From: Thermoanaerobaculia bacterium
Lineage (GTDB): Bacteria > Acidobacteriota > Thermoanaerobaculia > Multivoradales > UBA5704
Direction: 5' to 3'
Assembly: GCA_044866775.1 (NCBI GenBank)
Contig: JBIOUG010000010.1
Location: forward strand, 9,052-73,051
Length of the DNA stretch: 64,000 nt
Position numbers and translations under genes: made by a program. Below are positions 55,466 through 64,000 of the stretch, one piece after another; positions within the stretch are counted from its first letter, which is position 1, and each line of letters opens with the position of its first letter. The notes under the pieces were generated by a model. The model saw nothing but the letters and a program-made list of their open reading frames with translations. It had not been told where the DNA came from and did no database searches.

Positions 55466-56638
55466 CTACTCCGATGACACCAATTGAATCCCCTCTGCCG
55501 CCGCCGCGATCGCCGTCCGTCCCGCCAGCCAATCGAGCGCCGCCTGCCCCGCCAGCTCGCGCCGCCATCCCTGGAGCAGCGGCAGGTCGGGCTCGCGGCT
55601 GCGGTCGCCGGCGAGCCACCAGCCGGCCAGCGCCTCGGCGTCGCCTTTGCCGGCGACGAAGCGCTGCGCCACGTCGGCCTCGCGGCAGCGCGCCTGGACG
55701 AGGGCCTGGAGGAGCGCCGCCCACCCTTGCGCCACCGCCGGCAGCGCCGGCTCCCGCTCGGCCGCGAGCGGCTCGTCCCAGCCGCGGTGGAGCGCTGCGC
55801 GGATCTCCTTGCCGTGCCGCCGCGCCACCGCCTCCGGGACGCCGCGCACCTCTTCGAGCGCCGCCTGCGACTTGGGCGGCCGCCTGGCGAGCGCGAGGAG
55901 GGGCCCCTCTTGCAGGATCCACGACGGCGGCCGGTTGCTCGCCAGCGCCTCGCGCTCGCGCCACGCGGCGAGGGCGCGGAGCGCCCCGAGCTGGCGCGGG
56001 TTGAGCGAGCTCCAGCCGCGCAGCCGGCGGAAGATCTCCTCCGGCGGGGTGCGGCTCGCCGCCGACGCGGCGAGGCGGCGGCTCTCCTCCTCGACCCAGG
56101 CCAGGCGGTCGCGCGCCGCGAGGCGCCGCTCGAGCTCGGCCCACAGCCGCGGCAGGTAGCGGACGTCGTCGAGAGCGTAGGCGAGCTGCTCGGCGGTCAG
56201 CGGCCGCCGGGTCCAGTGGGTGAACTGCGACGTCTTGTCGAGCTTGACCCCCAGCAGCCGCTCGACGAGGGGCGCGTAGCCCACCTGCTCGCCGAGACCG
56301 ACGAAGGAGGCCGCGATCTGGGTGTCGAGCACGGTCTCGCCCCGCACCCCGAAGACGTGGCCGAGGAGGGCGAGGTCCCCCTGCCCGGCGTGCAACGTCG
56401 TCCGCACCCGCGCCTCGCCCACGAGGTCCACGACCGGCCGCGGGTCGGCGGCCAGCGGGTCGATCGCCGCGACGTGCGGATCGTCGACCTCTCCCCAAGC
56501 CACCTGCACCAGCGCCAGCTCCGGCACGTACCGCGCCTCGGAGACGAACTCGACGTCGAGCGCGAAGGCGCCGGCGGCGGCGAGGTCACGCGCCAGGGCG
56601 GCGACGTCGGCGGAGTCTGTCAGGGGATGGGACATCAC
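55466..56638 (-). CDS. rnd: Ribonuclease D (DEDDy 3'-5' exonuclease plus HRDC domain)
   Basis: 390 aa. Exo motifs ALDVEFVS (DxE) and HAGQGDL. YALDDVRYLPRLWAELERRLA (Exo III with Tyr). C-terminal HRDC-like repeats. Confidence 0.8.
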   Translation of the reverse strand: MMSHPLTDSADVAALARDLAAAGAFALDVEFVSEARYVPELALVQVAWGEVDDPHVAAIDPLAADPRPVVDLVGEARVRTTLHAGQGDLALLGHVFGVRGETVLDTQIAASFVGLGEQVGYAPLVERLLGVKLDKTSQFTHWTRRPLTAEQLAYALDDVRYLPRLWAELERRLAARDRLAWVEEESRRLAASAASRTPPEEIFRRLRGWSSLNPRQLGALRALAAWREREALASNRPPSWILQEGPLLALARRPPKSQAALEEVRGVPEAVARRHGKEIRAALHRGWDEPLAAEREPALPAVAQGWAALLQALVQARCREADVAQRFVAGKGDAEALAGWWLAGDRSREPDLPLLQGWRRELAGQAALDWLAGRTAIAAAAEGIQLVSSE

Positions 56639-56707
56639 GGGGCGGCGACGGGCGGATTATAGAATCCCCCCGGAACCGCCTTCCCGCCTGCCATCCATCC
56701 TGCCGAC

Positions 56708-58432
56708 ATGAGCGAGCCGAGCGAACCGCCACACTCGCACGAGCCGCAGCTCGCGCGAGGCAATGCAGGAGCCCGCGGCGGCGGCGGCGCCGCGCGCGTG
56801 GCGCTCGGGATCCTCGGCTCGCGCCTGATGGGCTTCCTGCGCGAGCGCGGTCTCGCCTACTTCTTCGGCGTCGGCCCGCATGCCGACGTCTTCCGCACCG
56901 CGCTGCGCGCCCCGAACGTGCTGCAGAACCTGCTCGGCGAAGGCACGCTCTCGGCGGCGTTCATCCCCGTCTACACCCGCCTGCTGGCCGCCGGGCGGCG
57001 GGAGGAGGCGGGGCGCTTCGCCGGCGCCATGCTCGGGCTGCTCATCGCGGCGGCGGCGGCGGTCGCGCTGGTCGGCGTGCTCTTCGCCCGCCCGATCGTC
57101 GCTCTGCTCGCGCCGGGGTTCCTCGACGACGACGGCGGCGCGCTCGGCGTCGACCGCTACGAGCTGACCGTGCGGGCGGTGCGCATCCTCTTTCCGATGA
57201 CCGCCGTGCTGGTGCTGTCGGCCTGGTCGCTCGGCGTCCTCAACAGCCACCGGCGCTTCCTGCTCCCGTACGTGGCGCCGGTGGTTTGGAACGCCTCGAT
57301 CCTGGCGGCGCTGGTCGGCGCCGGCGCCGCCTTCGTGCCGGGCGGGCTGGCGGCGGCCGGCGGCGGAGTGCCGCTGCCGGTGCTCGATCGCATCCTCCTC
57401 GCCGCCTGCGCCGGCGGGCTGGCCGGCGGCCTCCTCCAGTTCCTGGTGCAACTGCCGCTGGTGCTGCGGCTGCTGCCCGGGTTCCGGCTCTCGCTCTCGC
57501 CGCACGTCGAGGGAGTGCGCGAGGCGCTCGCCACCTTCGGTCCGGTGGTGGGGAGCCGCGGCGTCGTGCAGCTCGCCGGGTACCTGGACATCTTCCTCGG
57601 CTCGTTCCTCGCCGCCGGCGCGCCGGCCGCGATCGGCTACGCCCAGCTCCCGTACCAGCTCCCGGTGAGCCTCTTCGGTCTCTCGGTGGCGGCGGCCGAG
57701 CTGCCGGAGCTGGCGCGGCTACGCGATCCCGCCGCCGCCGAGGCGCTTCTCGGGCGCGTGCGCCGATCGCTTGCCCGCATGGCCTTCCTCAACGTGCCGA
57801 CGGCGGTCGGCTACCTCGCCTTCGGCTTCCTCATCATCGGCGCCCTCTACCGCACCGGCACCTTCGGCCTGGCGGACAACTGGCTGGTCTACTTGGTCCT
57901 CTGCGGCTACACCCTGGGGATCCTCGCCACGACCTCCTCGCGCCTGCTGCAGAACACCTTCTACGCCCTCGGCGAGGCGCGCACGCCGGCGCGCATTGCG
58001 ATGACGCGGGTGGCGGTCTCGGCCTCGCTCGCGGTGCCGCTCATGCTCTGGCTCGACCGTTTCCCGCTCAGCGCGCTGGTCGGCGCGCGGGCCGCCGGCC
58101 GCCCCGTCTTCCTCGGCGCGGTCGGGCTCGGGCTCACCTCGGCGGTCGGCGCCTGGTTCGAGCTCTGGCGGCTGCGGCGCGCGCTCGCCCGCCGCCTGCC
58201 GGGACAGATCCTGCCCCTCGGCACGCTCGGCGGCATGCTCGGCGTCGCAGTCGTCGCGACGCTCCCCGCCGCGGCGATCGCCTGGGCGCTGCCGCCCCTC
58301 CACCCGGCGCTGCGCGCGCTGCTCGTCATCGGCAGCTACGCCGCCGTCTATCTCGTCCTCGCCCATCTCGCCGGGGTGGGCGAGACGCAGGCGCTCGCCC
58401 AACGGTTCCTGCGCCGCGCCCGCCGCCAGTGA
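56708..58432 (+). CDS. murJ: Lipid II flippase MurJ (MviN)
   Basis: 574 aa polytopic membrane protein. The N-terminal signature LGSRLMGFLRERGLAYFFGVGPHADVFRTALRAPNVLQNLLGEGTLSAAFIPVY matches MurJ. Confidence 0.8.
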   Translation: MSEPSEPPHSHEPQLARGNAGARGGGGAARVALGILGSRLMGFLRERGLAYFFGVGPHADVFRTALRAPNVLQNLLGEGTLSAAFIPVYTRLLAAGRREEAGRFAGAMLGLLIAAAAAVALVGVLFARPIVALLAPGFLDDDGGALGVDRYELTVRAVRILFPMTAVLVLSAWSLGVLNSHRRFLLPYVAPVVWNASILAALVGAGAAFVPGGLAAAGGGVPLPVLDRILLAACAGGLAGGLLQFLVQLPLVLRLLPGFRLSLSPHVEGVREALATFGPVVGSRGVVQLAGYLDIFLGSFLAAGAPAAIGYAQLPYQLPVSLFGLSVAAAELPELARLRDPAAAEALLGRVRRSLARMAFLNVPTAVGYLAFGFLIIGALYRTGTFGLADNWLVYLVLCGYTLGILATTSSRLLQNTFYALGEARTPARIAMTRVAVSASLAVPLMLWLDRFPLSALVGARAAGRPVFLGAVGLGLTSAVGAWFELWRLRRALARRLPGQILPLGTLGGMLGVAVVATLPAAAIAWALPPLHPALRALLVIGSYAAVYLVLAHLAGVGETQALAQRFLRRARRQ

Positions 58433-58437
58433 GTAGC

Positions 58438-58806
58438 ATGCGTCCCCCGTGGCTCGTCCTGGCCGCAATGCTCCTAGCGACCGCGGGATGCGACAGCGCC
58501 GAGCGCGGAGCCCGCGCGCTCACGGGCGGCGAGCCGGCGAGGGGACGCGAGCTGCTGCGTTCCTATGGCTGCGGAACCTGCCATATCGTCCCCGGAGTGC
58601 CCGGGGCCGCAGGAGTTGTCGGGCCACCGCTCGACCGGCTCGGCAGCCGCGCCCAGCTCGCCGGACGGCTCCCCAATACCCCCGACAACCTCATCCTCTG
58701 GGTCCGCCAGCCGCAGCGCATCGTGCCGGGCACCGCGATGCCGGATCTCGGGGTGGGGGAGCGGGACGCGAGGGATATCGCCGCGTATCTGTACACGCTG
58801 AGATAG
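58438..58806 (+). CDS. c-type cytochrome lipoprotein (mono-heme)
   Basis: The in-frame ATG at 58438 lies 5 nt after the murJ stop. Signal peptide plus lipobox MRPPWLVLAAMLLATAGC. Heme-binding CGTCH. It is the C-terminal part of the spurious long ORF 57286-58806. Confidence 0.6.
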   Translation: MRPPWLVLAAMLLATAGCDSAERGARALTGGEPARGRELLRSYGCGTCHIVPGVPGAAGVVGPPLDRLGSRAQLAGRLPNTPDNLILWVRQPQRIVPGTAMPDLGVGERDARDIAAYLYTLR

Positions 58807-58861
58807 CGGCTCCCACTCGCAGCGATCGGCGAGCCTGGTCAGAACTTAGCGCTGCGTCGGT

Positions 58862-58925
58862 CTTTACTGCATCGATCCGATCTCCCTCACCCCTGACCCC
58901 TCCCCCACATGGGAGAGGGGAACTC
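58862..58925 (+). repeat. GC-rich palindromic intergenic repeat, copy 3
   Basis: CTTTACTGCATCGATCCGATCTCCCTCACCCCTGACCCCTCCCCCACATGGGAGAGGGGAACT. Lies between the convergent cytochrome c gene and the TonB receptor gene. Confidence 0.8.
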
Positions 58926-58934
58926 CTGCTGGTC

Positions 58935-61073
58935 CTATCGCTCGTGGTGTGGCCGCGAGAGGCGGAGGCCGAGGCGTAGCAGGCGGGGCGGGCCGAGGGT
59001 GCGGACCGGGGTGCGGCCGACGTCGTAGCGCTCGTCGAGCAGGTTCTCGGCGGCGGTGAAGGCCGAGAGGCCGCGGCCGAGGGGGCGGGCGACGAGGAGG
59101 TCGAGCGTCGCGAAGCCGGCTAGATGGAGGCGGTTCTGGTCGTCGTCGAATTGAGAGTCGGTCCAGCGCGCCTGGAGCGCCGCGGAGAGCCGGCGCGGAT
59201 CGTCGAAGCGGAGCTGGAGCGACGCCTGGTGACGCGGCACCTGGGGGAGGGCGAGTCCCTCGAGCGCGCGGTTGGCGGGGAAGCTGCGGACCTCGGCGTC
59301 GGCGAAGAGGTAGCCGCCCGTCAGCGTCCAGCGCTCGGTCAGGCGCGTCGTGGCATCCAACTCGACGCCGCGCGAGCGGCTGCGGCCGAGGTTCTCCCGC
59401 CGGCGCGTGATGAGGCCCGGCGCGACGGAGAGCGTGACGTTGGCGATCGTATCGTCCACCTCCATCCAGAAGCCGGTGCCGCGGGCGGTCACGGCGCCGC
59501 CGCGCGCGGTGAAGAGTGCCCCGGTCTCCACCCCGGTCAGCCGCTCGGCCGCCAGCTCCTCGTTGGCGAGCGTCACCACGTCGCCGACGCGGAAGGCGCG
59601 GTAGAGCTCGTTGAGCGTCGGGGCGCGGAAGCCGCGGTAGGCGGAGGCGGTCCAGGTCCAGCGCTCGCCGGTGCGGTAGAGAAGGGTGGCGCGCGGCGAG
59701 ACGGCGCTCTCCTCGCGGGCCGCGAGCGGACTCGCTGTCCCGCCCGGCACGCTCCGCTCGCCCTCGTTCTCCCAGCGATCGGCGCGCACGGCGAGCGACA
59801 GCGACAGCCGCGGCCCGAGCCGCAGCAGGTCCTCGACGAAGAGTGCCGCCGTGCGCTGCCGGCCGCCGGCGGCGCCGCGCACGGGACCGCCGGGGGTGAA
59901 CGCGGTCTCGTCGCTCGTCCCCTCGACCTGCTTGAGCTCGAGACCCGCGACCAGTGTGTGATCCAAGCGCGAGGGCGTTCGCGCCGGGCCGCGATTGGGC
60001 TGCGACGGCTCTCGTGCCGGCTGCTGACCGGCCGCTGGCGCCCAGCTCCACTGCACGCTCCCGCCTGCGGCGTTGGCCGGCACCTCCTGCGCGCGGGTCA
60101 GCCGCTCGCTCCGCCGGTCGGCCTCGACCGCCGAGAAGTCCTGCTCGAAGTCCTGGTCGGCGGCCCAGGCGCGTGCGCTCACGAGACCGGCCGCGAGCGG
60201 CCAGTCGCCGCCGGCGGTGAGCTGTCGGATGTCGGTGGAGTTGACCTGGAGCGGCGTGCCGTTGTCGCGCTCCTCGCCGAAGGCGGCGCCGCGCAGGAAG
60301 AGCCGCCCACCCGAAGCCGTCGCGCGGTCGAGGGTCAGATCGGCGGTCCTGTGCCGCGACCCGGCCGGCGTGTCCACAGGCCCACGCTCTCGTGGATCGA
60401 CGAGCACGTAACCGTTGGTCGCGGCGGCGCCGGCGGCGAGCGCCGCGCCCCACCCGTCCCGCCGGCCAGCGAGGAAGAGCGATCCCTCCGCGCTGCCGCG
60501 CTCGCCGTAGGAGGCCTCGAGGCGGACCTGCGGCGCCGGCTCGCGGCGCAGGAGCTGCACGACTCCCGCGAGGGCGGCGCCGCCGTAGAGATCGGAGGCC
60601 CCGCCGCGCAGCACCTCCACCCGCTCCAGCGCCGCGCGTGGCACGCGCCCCCAGTAGATCCAGCCGCCGAACGGATCGTTGAGCGGCACGCCGTCGTCCA
60701 GCACCAGCGCCCGGCTCGCGCCGCTGCCGCCGAGGCCGCGCAGCGACACCCCTTGCGCCGTCGGGTTGGCGAACCGGCTGCCCGACCGGCGGAAGAGCGT
60801 GAAGCCGGGCACCTGGCGCAGGGCGTCGTCGACGGTCGGCGCGGCGGCGACCGCCAGCTCCTCTTCCGAGAGCACCGCCACGCTCGCCGCCGTCTCGCCG
60901 AGGCGGGTCTCCGTGCGCGTGGCGGTCACGGTGATCCGGTCGTGGAACGGCGGCGGCGCGGCGGTCGCGATATCGCCGTCGGCCGCTGGTGCGACGCCGA
61001 GCGGCGGCTCGGCGCCAGGCAAGGGCTCAGACGCCGGCGCCAGAAGCCGAAGCACGAGAAGGAGAGCCGTCAT
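58935..61073 (-). CDS. TonB-dependent outer-membrane receptor
   Basis: 712 aa. Signal peptide MTALLLVLRLLAPASEP. Plug domain DRITVTATRTETRLGETAASVAVLSEEEL and LRGLGGSGASRALVLDDGVPLNDPFGG. Long beta-barrel region. Confidence 0.8.
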   Translation of the reverse strand: MTALLLVLRLLAPASEPLPGAEPPLGVAPAADGDIATAAPPPFHDRITVTATRTETRLGETAASVAVLSEEELAVAAAPTVDDALRQVPGFTLFRRSGSRFANPTAQGVSLRGLGGSGASRALVLDDGVPLNDPFGGWIYWGRVPRAALERVEVLRGGASDLYGGAALAGVVQLLRREPAPQVRLEASYGERGSAEGSLFLAGRRDGWGAALAAGAAATNGYVLVDPRERGPVDTPAGSRHRTADLTLDRATASGGRLFLRGAAFGEERDNGTPLQVNSTDIRQLTAGGDWPLAAGLVSARAWAADQDFEQDFSAVEADRRSERLTRAQEVPANAAGGSVQWSWAPAAGQQPAREPSQPNRGPARTPSRLDHTLVAGLELKQVEGTSDETAFTPGGPVRGAAGGRQRTAALFVEDLLRLGPRLSLSLAVRADRWENEGERSVPGGTASPLAAREESAVSPRATLLYRTGERWTWTASAYRGFRAPTLNELYRAFRVGDVVTLANEELAAERLTGVETGALFTARGGAVTARGTGFWMEVDDTIANVTLSVAPGLITRRRENLGRSRSRGVELDATTRLTERWTLTGGYLFADAEVRSFPANRALEGLALPQVPRHQASLQLRFDDPRRLSAALQARWTDSQFDDDQNRLHLAGFATLDLLVARPLGRGLSAFTAAENLLDERYDVGRTPVRTLGPPRLLRLGLRLSRPHHER

Positions 61074-61202
61074 TGCGTGCTGTCCGCGTGCAACCGCGGG
61101 ACCACACCAGTCGCCACCTCATTCTGCCGGGTGCGCCGCACCGGCGCCACCCGCAGTCTTCGCTCTGGCTCAGAGCCTTTGGAGGAAATCGGGCCGCCCT
61201 CC

Positions 61203-61230
61203 GAAAACGCCCGGGACGTAGCCCGGGCGC
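61203..61230 (-). terminator. Rho-independent terminator after the minus-strand lipoprotein gene (end of the AAA+/VWA/lipoprotein operon)
   Basis: Read on the minus strand: GCGCCCGGG CTACGT CCCGGGCG followed by TTTTC. There is an 8-bp GC stem and a 6-nt loop, about 30 nt after the stop at 61259. Confidence 0.7.
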
Positions 61231-61258
61231 TACGCTCAGGATGACGCAGGGAGCCGAG

Positions 61259-61765
61259 TCAGAGCCGCGCCAGCGCCTTCCTCGCGAGCTGCTGCGCCGC
61301 CGCGTACGGGTTTGCCACCTGCGGCGCGTGGACGGTGATGGTGAGCTGCACGGCGCCCTTCCGCACGTGGAGCTGCCCCTGACCGAAGTAGGCGCCGTCG
61401 CCGAGGCCGGGGACCGGCCGGGCGTCGAGCACCGACTCGACGGCGCGCAGCGCTCCCGCCGCGCGATCTTCGGAGGGGTAGCGCCGCACCTGCAGGCTCA
61501 GCATGTCGGGCGGCGAGCCGGCGCCGGTCGAGTACGCGCAGGAACCGGGGTCCTTCCCCAGCTCGTCCTCGGCGAAGCTCGTCATCCGCCCGGCACCGAC
61601 GCCGAGCACCGCCCGCGCGTCGTCCGGCGTCAGCAGTGCGCAGGCGTCGATCGGCGGCGGCTGCGGCGCCGCCCGGTCGCCGCTGCCGTCGTCGCAGCCG
61701 AGCGCGCCGGCGGCGGCGATGAGCGCGGCGGCGAGCGCGCGTGACGCACCTCGGGAACGTGCCAT
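61259..61765 (-). CDS. Hypothetical lipoprotein
   Basis: Only the C-terminal 168 codons of the 495-aa minus-strand ORF look protein-like: MARSRGASRALAAALIAAAGALGC (signal plus lipobox). The ATG at 61765 is preceded by GGAGGAGGA. The upstream 5' part of that ORF overlaps the VWA gene out of frame and is Arg-rich noise. Confidence 0.5.
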   Translation of the reverse strand: MARSRGASRALAAALIAAAGALGCDDGSGDRAAPQPPPIDACALLTPDDARAVLGVGAGRMTSFAEDELGKDPGSCAYSTGAGSPPDMLSLQVRRYPSEDRAAGALRAVESVLDARPVPGLGDGAYFGQGQLHVRKGAVQLTITVHAPQVANPYAAAQQLARKALARL

Positions 61766-61782
61766 CCGGTCCTCCTCCGTCT

Positions 61783-62871
61783 TCAGTGCACCCGCCGCCG
61801 CCGGTTGCGGATGTAGTCGGCGAGGATGAACTCGCCCAGGTTGTAGGGCGAGGCGAAGTAGGCGCGGCCGCGGTTGACCTTGGTCAGCTTCTCGACGAAC
61901 TCGGTGAGCATCGGGTCGGTGGCGAGCATGAAGGTCGTGATGACCACCTTCTGGCGCCGGCAGACATCGGCCTCCTCGAGCGTCAGGTTGACGATCTTCA
62001 TGTCGAGCCCGAAGGGGTTCTTGTAGATCCGCCCGCCGTCGGTGATCGCCGAGGGCTTGCCGTCGGTGATCAGGAAGATCTGCTTGTTGGGCTGCTTCTG
62101 CCGCGCCAGCAGGCCGCGCGCGAGCTGCAGCGCCTCGCGCGTGTTGGTGTGGTACGGGCCGGCCTGGATGTAGGGGATGTCGGCCAGCTTCACCCGCTCG
62201 GCGCGGTCGCCGAAGAGGATCACGCCGAGGTGGTCCTTCGGGTACTTGGTGGTGATCAGCTCGGTCAGCGCCAGCGCCACCGTCTTGGCCGGCGTGATCC
62301 GGTCCTCGCCGTAGAGCACCATCGAGTGGCTGACGTCGATCGCCACGATCGTCGCGCAGGCGGTCAAGTGCTCGGTCTCGTGGACCTCGAGGTCCTCCTC
62401 CGCCAGCTCGAGCTCGCCGTGGGTGCGGCGCATGGCGTTCTGCAGCGAGCGCGCGGCGTCGAGCAGGTGGAGGTCGTCGCCGAAGGCGTAGGGGCGGGTC
62501 TCGGGCTGGCGCTCGATCCCCTCGCCGGACTGCCGCACCGGGTGATATCCCGGGCCGGCGCGCTGCAAGCTGCCGAAGATCTCCTCGAAGGCGCTGCGCC
62601 GGATCTGCCGCTCGCCGGCGCCGGTGAGCTGCAGCTCCCCGCCGGCGTCGCGCTCCAAGAGCTGCTGGTCCTCGAGGCTGGCGAAGAAGGCCTCGAGGTC
62701 CACCTCGTCGGAGATGTAGCCCTCCTCCTGGAGGTGGCGCATCCAATTCATCGCCTCCTCGACGTCCCCGCCCGAGGCCAGCAGGAGCTGGTTGAAGAGC
62801 CGCAGCAGCGAGAGACCCGCGAGGATCTGCTGCAGGAGGGCGGGGTCGAGGTAGCGGTAGGTGTGGCGCAT
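61783..62871 (-). CDS. von Willebrand factor A (VWA) domain protein, CoxE/BchD-like partner of an AAA+ ATPase
   Basis: 362 aa. MIDAS motif VAIDVSHSM (DxSxS) and the FLITDGKPSA motif. Confidence 0.75.
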   Translation of the reverse strand: MRHTYRYLDPALLQQILAGLSLLRLFNQLLLASGGDVEEAMNWMRHLQEEGYISDEVDLEAFFASLEDQQLLERDAGGELQLTGAGERQIRRSAFEEIFGSLQRAGPGYHPVRQSGEGIERQPETRPYAFGDDLHLLDAARSLQNAMRRTHGELELAEEDLEVHETEHLTACATIVAIDVSHSMVLYGEDRITPAKTVALALTELITTKYPKDHLGVILFGDRAERVKLADIPYIQAGPYHTNTREALQLARGLLARQKQPNKQIFLITDGKPSAITDGGRIYKNPFGLDMKIVNLTLEEADVCRRQKVVITTFMLATDPMLTEFVEKLTKVNRGRAYFASPYNLGEFILADYIRNRRRRVH

Positions 62872-62886
62872 CTCAGCCTGCCCGCG

Positions 62887-63999
<1,113 letters not shown>

Positions 64000-64000
64000 C

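Noticed and set aside
55484-56662. 392-aa plus-strand ORF antisense to rnd
   Set aside because: RNase D on the minus strand has clear DEDDy and HRDC motifs. The plus-strand frame is Arg/Gly-rich noise.
57286-58806. 506-aa plus-strand ORF overlapping murJ
   Set aside because: It is out of frame with the well-supported MurJ ORF and Arg-rich. Only the C-terminal 122 codons (a signal-peptide c-type cytochrome with CGTCH) look genuine.
61074-61258. Possible cobalamin riboswitch in the roughly 185-nt leader of the TonB-dependent receptor gene
   Set aside because: Read on the minus strand, I looked for the B12-box (GCCACTG) and the GGGAA / AGCCAGGAGACCTGCC elements. I found only weak, mis-ordered partial matches (GGTGGCGACTGG, AGCCAGAGCGAAGACTGC). 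This is not convincing without a covariance-model scan. The receptor need not be BtuB.
61259-62746. 495-aa minus-strand ORF overlapping the VWA gene
   Set aside because: Its N-terminal two thirds are Arg/Gly-rich and overlap the VWA gene in another frame. Only the C-terminal 168 codons (a lipoprotein with its own RBS) were kept.

Overview
This is a 64 kb, very GC-rich window (estimated by eye >70% GC). The antisense frames are full of Arg/Pro-rich pseudo-ORFs; the flanking housekeeping genes (TonB-dependent receptor, ApaG, MurJ, RNase D) point to a Gram-negative genome and are compatible with a myxobacterial origin. Left 48.3 kb: three co-directional megasynthetase genes make up a non-ribosomal peptide / polyketide biosynthetic cluster. 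ORF1 (nt 2-24346) is 5'-truncated by the window edge and is a hybrid NRPS-PKS that ends KS-AT-ACP-TE. Within it, a PAPS-type sulfotransferase domain sits between a PCP and the next C domain, one A domain is interrupted by an N-methyltransferase, and one A domain is duplicated inside the gene. ORF2 (24673-30780) is a loading module plus one elongation module; its first A domain is interrupted by an FkbM-family methyltransferase. ORF3 (30789-48311) has four NRPS modules followed by KS-AT-ACP-TE. It is a mosaic paralog of ORF1: about 7 kb of its 3' end (C-A-PCP-KS-AT-ACP-TE plus about 100 bp of 3' flank) is near-identical to ORF1, and the unusual 'A*' module is shared. It lacks the sulfotransferase domain and two modules that ORF1 carries. 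The window therefore holds the ends of two parallel, recombinationally related assembly lines. Immediately downstream, before a strong rho-independent terminator, lies a Tat-signal vanadium-dependent haloperoxidase-like (PAP2 superfamily) gene with a TTG start. Right 13.5 kb: housekeeping-type genes. These are an RlmL-like THUMP rRNA methyltransferase, a cysteine dioxygenase and sulfite-oxidase-family molybdoenzyme pair, TerC, ApaG, a VOC/glyoxalase protein, RNase D, MurJ, a small c-type cytochrome lipoprotein, a TonB-dependent receptor, and an AAA+(Mg-chelatase-like)/VWA/lipoprotein operon. A family of about 65 bp GC-rich palindromic intergenic repeats (four copies) is also present. I found no rRNA, tRNA or CRISPR array.
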